Shown: positions 35,901-49,637 of the stretch, in pieces
Numbering within the stretch: position 1 is the first letter of the stretch
How the letters are laid out: each line of letters opens with the position of its first letter
NCBI GenBank assembly: GCA_021432655.1
Contig: MU271292.1
Location: forward strand, 1-64,000
Length of the DNA stretch: 64,000 nt
Source of the DNA: Atractiella rhizophila
Lineage: Eukaryota
Direction: 5' to 3'
Notes under the pieces: generated by a model
Told to the model about the DNA's origin: nothing
Seen by the model: only the letters and a program-made list of their open reading frames with translations
Database searches by the model: none
Made by a program: the position numbers and the translations under genes

Positions 35901-38130
35901 CCCTTCAAGTCGGAGAGCAGGAGGCCATCTGGACACCAAGAAAGAAATGATAAAGCAAGGAAGCTGCCTGGCTGTTCTCTGATAACTGGAGATGCGAGAG
36001 AAAATCCAAGTGATATGTCCAGTGTAGGAGTACCGTCTCTACCGTCTGCATTTCCTGAAAGAACTGCACTGGCTTGGTTGCGCCAAAGTTCTAGAAGATA
36101 TGCTGTGCTGGAAGATGGATCATGCTTGGCTCTGAGAGCAAAAAGGCGGATACAGAGAGGATGGTAATCTAAGCACGATAAAATCTTTGATGTGACAGCT
36201 GCATTTGTGGGGTCCCGACCACCTTCATAGAAATGACAGAAGGTATCCGTTGCTGCCGCCTTATCCTCCTTCAGTGTGTCAACGACAACCCGCACAAAAG
36301 CAGCGCTTTTCACATCGATTCGTGGGGCATGATATCCACGCATGGCAAGCACGAGAATAGAACCAACTCCAGGTTCGCCAACGAGAGCCTGAAAGAAATG
36401 TTGCACCCGTACCGAATCTGAATTTGCAGGTGTCTCAAAATTGTCCAGGATGAGAAGACATTTGTTGTTTTGAAAAAATTCAGCCACAGCCATCAAATCC
36501 GTGATACCAAACTGGCGCGATAGAGCGAAGACCCGGCAACACAAATGGTTCTCAAGGCCAGCGAAGGAAGTGAAGGCGTCACAACGGACCCAAAAGCGTC
36601 GCTCGACAAGAAAATCTCCTTCTCGAACTATGAAGGCAGGCTTCACACACTCGTCATGTAACACGGAAAGCGCAACGGTCGATTTCCCATTTCCGGCTAG
36701 ACCCATGATTGCTACGTGGTGACCCCTGAGAACCGCCGTCCGCACCTCTTCGACCTCCTTTGTTCTTCCATAGCAGAGGCCTCGTGGTGGGAGAGGCTCC
36801 TTTTCATGGACTGCCACTCGATGAGGATGCGCTGCTAGCTTGTCATGAGTCCAGGAACTGAGTGGGTCAAAAACGCACCAAGGATTATAGATTCTGCCAC
36901 GGCCTTCGTTTCATAACCCATTCCACCCAAATAAGCTTTCGTCTGTCCCACAACATCCTTCATCCGTCCAAACTCGTCCCATTCGACACCCACCATCGTG
37001 TCAACGTTGAATCGATGGTAGCAGTGGCCAATCCCGCGGCCCTGCATCTCGTTCTTCATTTCTTTGTCAACGCGGGAGCAGTCTTCTACTATCTTTTTGA
37101 AGGCGTCCTCGTCCTCGCTTGGCTTCGATCCAAGTTTCACCGCAGGTCGAATGCCAACACCCAAGGAGAGGAAACAAATGACTTCAATCCCAACCCCCCA
37201 GATCCTCTTTGCCTCTTTCGCAGCGAAAAAGGACGGATTATTGTTGCCAACCAGGACGTACAATGTCTTGTCGAGAGTGACAGGGGGAAAGAATGCCGGT
37301 TCTGCAGATGTCGCTTTTGCAGCATCTACGACGGAGCACTTGGCTGCAGATCCTCCAGCGGAGGGAACACTGTAAGTGCGCATCTCTAGGGGAACTACCG
37401 AATTGGCTTCGTACGTGGCGATGACAAAGGTTCGACACCGCTCTTCGAAGTTAGGATCGGTCATTGGAAGTGCTGTCCGTTCCAAAGAGGTAAATATCGA
37501 ACTTTCGGAGGGAGTGATATAATCTCTGACGATCCTCTCGAAAACTTCTTCAAGGGCTTTGTCAGAATAAGCAGGTGAGCTGCCTGTACAAAGACTCTTC
37601 TCGCGGAAGACCCCCCTTACGATTTCGTTAAACGCGTCCATGCACTCTCGGACGGTCATGCCCAGTCGCCCGAGCAACAAAGCAATCCACCCTCCAGTCG
37701 ATGTACCGCAGATGAGGTCGAAGAATTGACATGGTCGAAGGGTTCCGGGATCTGGCTTCCCAGGAAGGAGATCGGCAACTTGCTCCATAATGGCCTCGAG
37801 CATATAAAGGCAAGAGAAAGCGCAAACACCTCCATTGTCGATTGAAAGGATGCGGAGACCTTTAGTATTCACTTTCTTGATATCCACAAGCCGTTTGTGC
37901 AGGTCAGGGTCGATCATCCCGTCTCCGATGCAGTTTGACGTGGCCGGCAAAGGTTTTGACTGCTTCGATGGAGAAACAGTTGGCTGCGTAACGCGGGGTA
38001 CGACGGTTGTGATGGTTGTGCTTTCAGTCGCGGATTGTTTAATTGGTTCAGAACTGAACCTGTCAGGTTTATCAGCCTCTTCTGTGTCACGGTCAATGTC
38101 GGAAGATGCTATGTTGGGGGCAGCCCACAT
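32999..38130 (-). CDS. Fungal NLR-like protein: patatin-like phospholipase + STAND (NB-ARC-like) NTPase + TPR array
   Basis: Patatin motifs LSIDNGGV, GTSTGG and TSAEPAFF; a 47-bp GT-AG intron (36878-36832) joins the two ORFs in frame; P-loop GLAGNGKST; Walker B LLILDNFE; 19 TPR-like repeats. Confidence 0.9.
33062..35341 (-). repeat. Coding tandem array of 19 x 120-bp (40-aa) TPR-like repeats
   Basis: GRANCVRSxGxIDFxCGRNxxALERFxxAExLYxxxGxxQ repeated with exact 120-bp period. Confidence 0.97.
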
Positions 38131-38787
38131 TCCTCGAAAGGTTCTCTGTGACTGTCCACTATTGGGGTACGGATGTCAATACATTATTCACCCCAGAGTA
38201 ATACAGGACTGTAGCGTACAACCCTTCGTCACGAGGAAGTCAAGAGTCTATATACAACCAACTTAGGGATTCGGCAGGAAGGGTCAGATGCCATAGGCTT
38301 CAGATGAAGGAATGTGAGGAGTTGAAATACATTTGACAACTCCCTAGGTAGACAAAGGTAACAAGCGCCGGTATGCCTTTGCCGAGTCCAACGTTCGACG
38401 CACTAACACTTCGTCCAGGACTGGCGGTGCTATTGAGCGCTTGCTGGGTAATAGAACTGGGCCAAAGCCAAATGTACCAATATCACTCTACTCAGACCCA
38501 TTTATCTACCATGCTTGTTCCCACCGTACCAACTTGACATCTCCCAACCATTGTACCAGAGTGCAACTTGATGGTGCGCACCTTCGGCAGTATCCCAATT
38601 GTCAGTCTGTTTAGGAAAGCAAAAGGTTTTCCTCTCTTTCACTACAAATGGGCTTCGATATTGCTCTCGTGTTCGTCGTTCGGGAAATTCGAACCCCCGT
38701 TGTTGATCCAGATTGATCAGATAAAGTATCTAATCGCTTTGTCCAACCTCTTTCTCTTTGTTTTATTTGTGAAGAACATTTATATCA

Positions 38788-39440
38788 CTATTCGATTTGC
38801 AGGGCTGAGAAGGAAACCGTCAGCTCATCAGTGCCTTCTCCTTGTGAGGGGCGACAACAGTAAACTCCAACTTCCACCACAGCATCCTGCTTCCCAAACG
38901 CCCAAGTCACTTCTCTGACACCTGACCTCTTCCCATCCTCTCCAACGATGTACACCCAGAGCGCTACTCCCTTCCTCTCGATTTCAATAGTCGCTCTGCT
39001 GGAGCTGATGGGTACGAGAGACCAGTCAGATGTCACCTCCCCGCCAGCTGGTGTTGCAACCGTAGAGACGTTTTGACGGCCATCGTAGACTTCGATTCCT
39101 GTTTTGATCCAAGCTGGTGTATCCGTTCCGTCAGGGAAGAGCAGCACCAGCCCGCCCTACGCCATTCATTTTGCTCAATCTTGTTTATGAGAGCAAAGAA
39201 GGCACAAACCTGATCATAGAGCCTCTTCCAGTCCGCCTCCACTATGACGCGAGCTTTGTTGAAGTTGGTGACGGAGAACGCCTCTGTCACGTATGCTGGA
39301 ACATTGGCATCGTTTGTTGAGGGAGCTTTTCTCCAAAGGTCTGTGCGGTAGCGGGTTTTGAGCTCGAATGTGGACAGATCTTGTGGGATGACGTTGTTTC
39401 CTTGATTATGGAACTTGAACTTCGAAGTGGGAGGGGCCAT
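38788..39440 (-). CDS. DUF1349 / Ree1-like concanavalin-fold protein, 2 exons
   Basis: TDLWRK, YDQ|AGL across an intron at ~39150-39209, WIKTGIE, STVAT...SDWS and VGVYCCRP. Confidence 0.8.
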
Positions 39441-40006
39441 TGTGAACGTGATTGATCTGTGCTGGTGGGGGTTATCTCAGTGGTGGTGGTCCTTGCAGCC
39501 CAGCTTGGCACAGCAATTGACGTGCCGACATTCTGCCATAGTGGAGAAGCAGCGGCCAAGGTTGAGCATGAAAGCGTTGCTCGTAGCTTTACTGGTATTT
39601 TGGTCAACAGCCAGAGTACAGCCGTTTTGGCCCAACCCCTCTCGACATCTTCATCCTCCATCATCCCCTTCTTGGTGCTTTCTTTCACTCCTTGACGCAA
39701 CTGCTTATTCATCTGCGACCACATTGTTTCATGCTGATACGAAGACTATACAGAAAACATAACACTGTTACTTGTTTATTAAGAACACTACACACAAAAT
39801 GCCGGCTCGTTAGTAATTGCGTCACAATTGTCCAACAACAGTTGCTCCATGAACCTTTCAAACTACCATATTCACAACCCAAGAACAATGGTCCCGTAAT
39901 CAAGTGTACCAACAAACCAAAATATCCAGCGCGAGCCTTCACTGTTCGATGAAACCAATCCATCAGTTAGGATCCCAGAACGCTCACTCGCTCACTAGAC
40001 CAAGTT

Positions 40007-41523
40007 TTATTCAGTTGTCCTGTTTCCCTCCGTGGTTGTCGTTCCATCATCGGTAGATTCCTCCATCCTCCATCCGCATTCCCTCGCAGAGCTTTGTGGA
40101 CTCTGCTCGACGTTCCAAGTCCCCAACGGTAAATTCGTCGTCATATTCAGTCCCACCTCGCCAGGGGTTGTCATAGGCGTCACAATATCTCCACTACCAT
40201 CCGTCCTCGCTTCCTCGTCCGAAAAACAAGATCCAGCATATCCCCTCCTGCTCGACTGATACCCTTCATCATCAGAATCCCCCACCAGATAGGATCTTCT
40301 GGTTTCCCCACTGGAACACTTCTTGTGCCCTCGCCTACGGTTCACTGGCGTACCGGGTGCAGGAGGATGGAAATCAGAAGCAGATGATATTTCTTGCTCG
40401 AGAGTCGTATAAATGGCTTCCCATCCGGAATGAACTGGGGGAGGAGTTTCCTGAGATTCTCTGACGAAAGGAGAATAGGAATGGCGAGACTGTGCTCTCA
40501 GAGGACGCGGCAGAACGTCGGCATTGCTGGTGGTCCGCGGTCTGTCGGGAGGTCTCCTGGCTCTGGAGTCGACTCCAAGGGGAGGAGGGGCTAAGAGATC
40601 TGGAGAGGAGACGGCGTGAGCAAGACAGACGTTTCCACGTGCTGGAGGGAGAGGGAAGAGCGTGTTCACATTGATAAGAGGAGATCCCTGGGTTGAAGTT
40701 CTAGGACCAGGTCGCGGAGGCAGTTCGCAGGCAGGAGCAAGAAGGGCCGGCGGTGCAAGCTTGAAAAAGTTATATGCTGCCCTTCGATGCTCGTCCTTCT
40801 TTGATTTACTCGGTGGCGCATCTTCGTGACCCCTTGGATCGAGGTACGAAGCTGTTTTCCGTGAATTCTTAGGAGAGGACACCGAAGTCGTCAGCGGTTG
40901 GTCTGCTGGAAGGACCGTCGTTTGAATCGCTGAAGTGAACATGTCGCTGAATGGCGCACCGACAAGTTGGGTAGATGAAAGCTGAAGCTGTCCAATGTTG
41001 GAAAACCTTCGATCCAACAGCTCGTAAGGGGAGGCCGCTTTTGAAGACCTGGTGGCAAGCAAAGACTTGTAGTACGTGACGCTGAACAAATTTGAGGGAT
41101 GCTTATGACGGTCGGAAGCGGTAGACAAGACGTTTTTTGTGCCAAATTCTGTTGACAGATGGCGTCAGTGTCCTATCGGTGCTCGGAAGACTGCACAGAC
41201 GTACTATCAAGACCGCTCTCTTGCCACAATTCAAACCCTTTTATCTCGTCGTTCAGTCCTATCCCCGCAGAAGGATTATTCCTCAAAATCCTGATTTTTC
41301 CTAGCGGAGGTGCCGCAAATGGGTCCTCCTCTCCTTCGTTAAACACAGAATCCTGTGGACCCGCTGCCTCCGCCATGTCGACATCGAAAAAAGAAGAGCA
41401 GGAAGTTCGAGGGGAATCATTTGTTCTTGGCGAGTTCCGTCGAAGTTTGAGATTCGACAGCCAGGTCTTGAGGGATTTAGGAGATTTAGGAGTCGAAGGA
41501 CGGTGAGCCTTGGTCATAGCCAT
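40007..41523 (-). CDS. Hypothetical low-complexity protein (probably 2 exons)
   Basis: Adjacent 136-aa and 373-aa Ser/Pro-rich ORFs; no domain recognised. Confidence 0.45.
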
Positions 41524-43956
41524 TGAACCAAGGAAATAATGAATCACAGAAAATGTCAGCCTGAGGGACCATTCGAGATTCAAGGAAGACCGGACCTTAT
41601 ATGATCAAGACTGACCTCGCCCTATAACGGGAGCGTAGTGAGAAAAGGGACCTCTTTGAACGGCAGCAGGGATGTTTCCCATATCGTATGGTCGGTTGTG
41701 GTGAGAGATGTGAAAAAGCGGGAGCTGTGAGGACTGGGCGGGTGACTCACTGCTTCTCGATACCACCTTCTCTCATTAACATCTTAACATAAAACATATG
41801 CCTCTGCGTAGTACTGACTATTTCGTCGAGTCGACTCTTGTCTTGGATAGTGGCGGGGCATTGTCAATATCACCATACAACAGCTGCAGCAAATCCTATT
41901 ATTTCAGATGCAGATGCATTTGTTTGACCCTTGAGACGACCGCTAACAACGACCTCCCCAGTCTCTGTGATACCGCTTCAATGACCGTCAAAATCAGTTC
42001 TGTGAGCAAGGAGACATATACATTCAAGTTGGTTTGAGGCACCTAAATTGTGCCCTCCAGTGAAACAAGATGAAACTAAAGCAATCATGTCAGCGATATC
42101 CTCTAAAGCGCTTCACTGAGCGCGAGAAGGGTGTGTTCTCTAATATCGCAAGGCCCTCAACAATTCTGCAATGAACCAAGATATACGGCAAGGATGAAAG
42201 GGAGAGGCCCAGGGATGCATTGTTGGCCAAGGGTTCCTGGTAAAGGTAGTCCCAAACGTGCTTCAGTTTGCCCTTTGACGTCCGCTGGTTCGGAGCAAGG
42301 AGTTAAGGTCGTAGAAATGGCACCTCCTAAGCTTCGGATTGAAAAAGACGGTGTTAACGCCTGCGGTGCCAGCACATAGATGGCATGCGGAACATTTCGT
42401 ATCAGTTGGAGGGCTACTGAATGGTTGTGTCATCGGGTTATCGTAAGGATTGTCGCTGCTCGCTGTTACAAACATCCAGTTATACTCAAGATATGGTCTT
42501 ATCACTTTTCATGGGTTACCAGAACTCATCCATACTCGGACCAGATTCAAGTTGGCTATGAGAGTGTGACAAGACAGCCCTGCGATTGCCGCATATAGCT
42601 CCTTTTTGCTCTGCAACACCTCTTTCAACCGCTCTCACGCTTTCCCGGTACCATGAAATTCCAAACAGCAATGGTAGGATGGCTGCTGTTGATTCATTGG
42701 GCCTCCACCTTGTGCGGCAGAAGAGATGTTACAGCAACCGGCTTAAGTGACATGCTGAAGCAGTCTGAGAGTTGTGGTAAGATCGACCAGTGAAGGCGTA
42801 AAGCAACATCGCGAGCGGCAAAAAGCTCATCAGGAAGGCGAAAGAAGGCAAAAGATCCGAGATCGATCGAGTTACGATCGAGTATCGATGATCTCTGCAA
42901 TTTCCCTCTCGCAAACTCTCGCTTTACGAATGAACAGTTCCTGCATCAACCGAGATGGCTTGAAAAGATCTGCTTGACTCTCTTTGATGAAATGATATGA
43001 AGGTCTCTTTGATAGCTAGGGGAGTAGATAAGCAAAAACGTGAGGGGAAAGAACGTGTCCATTCAAGCCAAACTCCCGAACCCTCCTCTGTGCCCGCAAG
43101 TCTCACTGTTGGCCTCAAATACCTCGATAAACTTGGGCCCTCCCGGTCCTTCGAGTGTCTCCAACGTTCTATCCTCGAACCATCACAACAGGCATCCAGA
43201 TCTTCGTAACCCTCGTCCGGCGCAACAAACGTTGACCGTCACCTCAAAAGACGTCAACCCCAAAACAACATTTCCCCCAAAGATAGGCCGATAGACGATG
43301 GAAGCTGAGTTCGCTAGACTACTGCCGACAATAAGAGAGGTGGATGAGGATCCGATGGTGAGGAGGGGCAGATTGGGGAAAAGGCGGAGGTGAGTAATTG
43401 TTCGAGAAGACTGAATAATCGTCGTTATTTCTCTTTTTGTTGGCGTTTCTTTAGTGGCGAAAGGTATATAAGTCCTTTTCTAGCTCAGCCTGTACGCCAC
43501 ATAATCGCGCTGAGAGCTCCTGTTATAAACTGGCAATAACCAGGAAAGAGAAAAGTGAGTAATCACGTGAGTTCGCAATTATTGTTGGGAGTTACGAGGA
43601 ATTTCGTCGGTATCAATGCCCCTTTAACGACGACCCCGTTTTCAACTTTTTCACGTTTTCCTCTGCCACTTTCTTCCCTTCCTTACGCCCTGTCATTGTT
43701 TCTATTTCGCACAGAACACTCAATTGCTGTTGTGGCTGGGAAGGGAATACGTTAACGAAAGTCTCTGAGTCAGTCCAGTCTTCTCGCCAACTCTAACTTA
43801 TCAAGACCGTTGTTGGCATCACAACCCAACATTATTACCTGCGCTATGAAATTGATGAAGTGTTATGAAAGCACTATGAAAAGTGTTATGATTGGCATTA
43901 TGATGTTATGAAAGCGGCAAAAAATGGTATGCATGCATGCTGATGACGTCTGTAGA

Positions 43957-46900
43957 ATGTCGCCGACTCAAACTCGCTCACTCTCAACTCCAAAGCTCCT
44001 CCTCGCCTCGACGCCATCGCCGCCAAACGTCTCTGCTTCTCCAACCAAAGCAACAAAGTCAAAGCGTCCCTGGTCTCGCTCTTCCTCCCCGGATTCCGAT
44101 GCTTCCACTTCCACAGCCCACGTTCGGGAAAAGTCCGGAAAAGGCGGACGCAAGTCTTCTGTCTCCTTTCAACTCTTCAATCGCACCTCTTCATCCTCCG
44201 CGTCTAACTCCCAGAATGTCTCCACCACACCGTCGACCTCTGCGTCCCGCCTGAGGATCACTCCAGACCTCACCAGCTCGCCGGAGAACAGCGATGTAGA
44301 AACTACTCCTGAGCCAAGTGCCAAAGGCAGTGCTCTCACTGCACATAATGAAAGGGAGGAAGATCTGGCAAGCGAGGAGGATGAGGTGGAAGGCGAGGAG
44401 AGCACAGAAGGAGACGGAGGGCGGCTTCCCGCTTCTCCGTCCCTTCCCCAAATTTCGACCACTCTCACCTTCAGTCCATCAGATGAGGAACTCCGTCAAA
44501 AGGTCTTCAATCAGGGATTCACCATTGTCTCGGATACCATAGCGCGCGGGTCTTCCAAGCGCGGACGTCGGCGGAAAAGACGAGTCCAGCGAGTGGGCGG
44601 GACTGGAGAAGGAGACGGTTGGACGTCAGCCTCCGAAGTATCAGATCTGGAAGGGCCAGCGGTCTCGGTAGGTTTATCCAGGGCCTCATCCCGCTCGAGT
44701 GTATCGCTCCCCTCATCCCGTCAGCCCTCTCGTCCCTCCTCCGTACTCTCCTGGTCATCTGCATCAACCTCTTCCTACTTCTCCGCTCCACCAGACGCTC
44801 TCAGCTCCTCAGAGTCAACATCTGACGAGTCATCTGCTACTGAGAGCGGTCACCCCTCTCGTCCGAGATCGAGGAAGACGTCCCACAGGCAGTACACCGC
44901 CACCGCTACCAGTGCCCATGAAGAGGGGAAAGGGTACACGCTCGATGTTCCTGCCCTTCCGTTGCCCATCGAGGATGCGGAGGAGGAGATGGAGCGGATG
45001 GGTGGAACCGCCGGTGGATTGAGGGACGTAGTACCGTTGGCTCCATTTGAGAATCAGGTCGGAGGTCACACTACTATGCTGAGGTTCAGCCGGAGGGCAG
45101 TATGCAAGGTTCGTGTCTCCCCCTCAAACTCCCTTTTTCCTCTTGTCATATGGAAGAACATAGACTAACGATGTCACGAACAGCCACTTACGAGCGGAGA
45201 GAACCAATTCTATGAGCGCCTGGAGCATGAACACCCCGAACTCCTCTCCTTCATCCCTCAATACCTCGGCGTCCTCCGCGTCACATTCCGTCGTCGCGAG
45301 GAAAGCCCCATTCCTGCCTCCCTGTCTTCGAGCATGCAGATCGACGCGTCTTCGGAGATCCCTATGAACGGAAAGGAGGAAGAAGAAGAGGTTCCGGAGG
45401 TTGAATTAGAGGAGAATAGGCACATCATTCCGGATTCCAGGGTTTGGGACTTCATAGAGAGAGAGCGAAGGGGGAGGACCGCTTCTTTCTCTCATAACCA
45501 TTTGCACGGTCAGTCTCCCTTTCGTTAGAAAAGAATTGCTCATGGATAATTGAACAATAAAGGACATTCTGCATCTCCCATCCCTCCCGCTGTCCCTCCC
45601 ACCACGCCACTTGCCCAATCCACCGGTCTCCGGCGAACTTCCGACCTGTCGCTATCCACTGTATCCAACAGCGGGACTGGGATCGTGGGACGAGGCAGCA
45701 CGCGGGTGAATAAGAGATTGTGCGAACAAGTATTACGGGAAGTGTTCAGCTCTCCAAAGATCAGGGAGAGGAGGACGACTTGGAAAGATGGCAGGCGAAC
45801 TACAGGGATGGGTTCGACTCAGAGTTTCAGCGGACACATGCATACCAATGGTCGAGTGGGAGAAGTGACAGGCGGGAGAGAAGAAAGTGGGAGTGGGAAG
45901 GACGGAGAGAGAAGAAGGGAATTGAAGAAGTCCCTCAGCGAAACTAATGTCCATAACGCGCTCTCCACCTCCACCTCCACCGCCGCCGAATCCGATCACT
46001 CTCCATCCCCGAAGTCGTCGGCGATGACGAAGAACCCACTCACTCGGTCGCTCGCTCTTCCTGCTTCTGCGCCGCCGGGAGAGATTCGAGAGCCGTCCCC
46101 AACGAGGCACGAACAGTTCCTGCTCATGGAAGACCTGACTGGATCGCTCAAATCTCCATGTGTGCTCGATCTGAAGATGGGGACGAGACAGTATGGGATT
46201 TTCGCCACGCCGGAGAAGAGGAAAAGTCAGATCAAGAAGTGCGACAAGAGCACATCGAGAGAGCTGGGCGTGAGACTGTGTGGGATGCAGGTCTGTGTTT
46301 CCAGTCCGCTCGGTGCGCTGTCATGTTAATGATTGGATGCGATGGGCGACAGGTATTCGACGCAACGGCGAACAAGTACGTTTTCCACGACAAGTATTGG
46401 GGACGAAAGGTCTCTCTGCCAGAGTTTCCTCACGCCCTCGCTTCTTTCATCCACGATGGTAGCAAGCTTCTGGTGCATCACATCCCAGTCATCATTCGCC
46501 AGCTCTGTCGACTTGCAGGTATCGTCATCAAGATCAACCGCTACCGATTGTACGCCGCCTCTCTGTTATTCATCTACGACGGTGATCCAGAGGTTCAAAA
46601 TCAGTATCGACGGGAGCTGGAGGAAGGTAACGGTAAGGAAGAGAACAAGAGGGAGAAAGAAGAATCGAGACACCGTCACCACCACCACCGTCATCACGGT
46701 CGGAAGAGGAGAGAGGAGAAACGGAACGGAGCCATCAATATCAAGCTCGTTGATTTCGCCAATTGTTCCACAGGCGACGATTATCTTCCTCCATCATCTA
46801 CCGATGAGGACGTTAGAGAGACCTCCCTCCCTCGAGCCACATTCCCTCCCACACATCCTAACCAGCCGGACGTCGGCTTCATTCTCGGACTCAAAAGCCT

Positions 46901-47090
46901 GTGCGCCGCGCTCAAGATTGTCTGGCGGGAGGAGCAGCGGAGGAGGCTCGAGAATGGGGAGAAACCGCTCGAGGATTTGAAGGTCGAAGGCGACGATGTG
47001 TGGCACCAGATCTTTGGTCCTGGCTCGAGCGAGTTCGGCTTGGGAGAGGGACCGACCGAGAAAGAGATCTGGGATTTAGTGTCTGCTTAA
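43957..47090 (+). CDS. KCS1: Inositol polyphosphate kinase, IP6 kinase-like, multi-exon
   Basis: [22 protein letters not shown]...[14 protein letters not shown] (PxxxDxKxG), SLLFIYDG and IKLVDFAN. Confidence 0.88.
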
Positions 47091-48255
47091 ATGCTGTCTT
47101 CCATCGACCTCCGCCGAGTTTCCGTACGGCGTCTCGTTGACCCTTGGGCTCGATTCACTTCCGGGGATTCCGTTTCCAAGTCACTTCTCACTATCTGTGT
47201 CTAGGAAATTCTCTCATAGCTGTTTGCAGATGTTTTCCTCACGCTTCCCTTCTCCCTTCAAGGTATACAATTCAGGTATTTATGACGCAGCAAACAAAAA
47301 TGCTGCTTTCTCCTTGTCCAACTTGACCAAATTCAAATTCTTAACTTGGACTGAACCTGAGAATCATTTTCAGAATCGGCCGCTTCGGTTTTCTTCCTTG
47401 ATATATCCCTCTGAGTCTACCAAAAGAAACGAGTGCTGTATCATCATTCTCGAGTCTCCATTTGACCGCATTTCTGAATTAGCTCCCATGTACACACTAA
47501 TGAACCGATACTTGCAAATAATCCTTTCACAATCGAGGACCGCACATCGCTTTGCCGACGACATAATATTGTGAACTTGCCAGCAGCAAAAGGCAAAGGC
47601 ATAACGGTGATGTCCTGTTTTGGTCAACTGTACGCGAACATCCTGATTTTTATTTAGGCGATAGTCTACGAGATTGAAATTATTCATACATCATCAAGCT
47701 TAATGCTTAATCCCCCTCTATCACATCCGCAGTCCCACTGTTCGGAATTGAGGAAAGGAGCAGGAAATCTTGACAAGCTTTGGCAGATTCATGAGAACGT
47801 CGCGCTCCGAGCAAACAGTTGGCGTATCATAAACTTCCTCTCCAGCTCGGATCTTCGGTGCTGCGTGCAAATTGATGGGTTAGACAAGTACGAGTCGATG
47901 GCGCACGAACTCCTTGAACTGGCGGTTTTGGCTGGTCAGCCAGGCTTGTCCTACCCTGTGCAACTACTTCAAGAACTCAAAATCAAAGTACTGTATGGTT
48001 GCACTGTAAATGTCTGTCCGTCTGCGTCTAAGGGCTTCACGCATGCTTCCCGTCAAACGATATTTGTCCGAAAATGCAAGCGCAGGAAATATGCCTTCAG
48101 AACCACCTATGCGCTGCGGTAAACAGAGGAGAGAGTGACCTCAATTAGCTTCCGAAGATATAAGAACTTTGGACAAAAGATAAAAGGAGGAATCGCCATG
48201 AGGCCATGAGAGTTACTCGTTGACCAATATCAATCCTCACACAGGTTAACTAATC

Positions 48256-49100
48256 ATGAAACCCTTCGAACAGTCTTCAAGAAGTTTACTAAAAGGCCCG
48301 AGCTATGCAAAGCAGCCTTCCTCACGGAACCACTTTAGCGACACCTCGAACGCAAAGCAGAGCAATACACCGAATAAAATGCACAGATCTCACTCTAGTA
48401 GCACTCAGAGAAACACAATCTGCAAACGATGCTTTCAACAGGGCACCCCATGTTACTTTTTGCCAGGTCTGGACGGTTGTGTTCCATGCCAGGGCAATGG
48501 AGGGCACGAGAAACTCTTGTAAGAGCTGTCTCCACACCTCGCCTCTGCTGATGAGCTGGATCAAAGATGCGAGCGAATTGGACGCCGCGAGTACGATAAA
48601 GAATTGGGTCGAAGGCGTCTTCGTCGATTGCTAGATTCGTTAAACAGTCCAACCACCTCAACCACCTCGTCTTCCCCTTGTCCATCTCCTGTTTCCTTCG
48701 CTTCCACCTCTCCAACGTCTTCGTCTGCATCAAGTGGTTCGATATACGACCTCGGATCCCCTCCAGCTGTTGAAGAGTTGGATCCATTCTTCCAATTCAT
48801 TTTCAATGAAGCGCCAGAAGGGCCTTCAAGCTGTTCTCATCTCGAGGATACGGCGGAGGCCGACTGTAGTCAGTTTCCGAGCATTCTAGCAGGAATGTAT
48901 CTAGAAAGAAGCGTTTCATCCCCATCTTCAAGGTGAGCCTTACTCTGTCTGTCTCTCAACGAGCGGCAGAATTCTAACAATGCTCAGCTCATCGGTGCCT
49001 GATCGCGGGAACGAACCAAACCAAAGCCTGAATCACAGAATATCATATCCCTTAAGTTAACATGGTACACGATGGACAATGCTTCAGTGATCTCTCTGTT
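48256..49100 (+). CDS. Small Zn(II)2Cys6-like protein
   Basis: CKRC-x6-C-x8-CVPC, with the sixth Cys supplied in frame after the intron at 48519-48566; 3' end uncertain. Confidence 0.5.
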
Positions 49101-49637
49101 TAAGTTGTACGGCAGTTTGTGATTGTCAGTGATTCGCAGTTTCCTGTAATGAATTGTCCGTAAACTCCTTTTCCAACTGACAGCCCATGCACAATTCAAT
49201 TCTCCACTGCTACTTTTGGCCGACAGTTGCGTTCATGACCTGTCTAACAACGACAGAAAAATACAAGCAGGCAAGGCATAACGGGTACCATAATTGCGAT
49301 TGCGAGAACTCAAAACCAATTATATCTAAATTGTGTATATCAGAAATACGCATGACATGGTGCTACGGAGCAACCGCCGCGGTCACTTCCTTCGGAAAAG
49401 GGGAGTCAGCTTGATCTTACAGCCAGTTGCGATCCGTTCTATTTCTAACTTCTAATCCACGTTCCTGCCGTCCATCAACCTTGAGCCTCAGCACCCTCAC
49501 TCCTCCTCCGTGTCTCAGATTCATCGACGATGGTCGTGTTTTTTTGCGCTGTCCTGAGACTTACTCCCACCCGTCCGGCTCTGATTACCGGATAGTCTGA
49601 CTTTATCATCAACATCGAATCGAAAACGTTGAGAAAA

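Noticed and set aside
36835..38130. Patatin ORF as a separate gene
   Set aside because: Its stop lies inside a 47-bp intron that joins it in frame to the NTPase-TPR ORF
43844..43915. Cluster of TATGA repeats upstream of the KCS1-like gene
   Set aside because: Short low-complexity stretch with no supportable function
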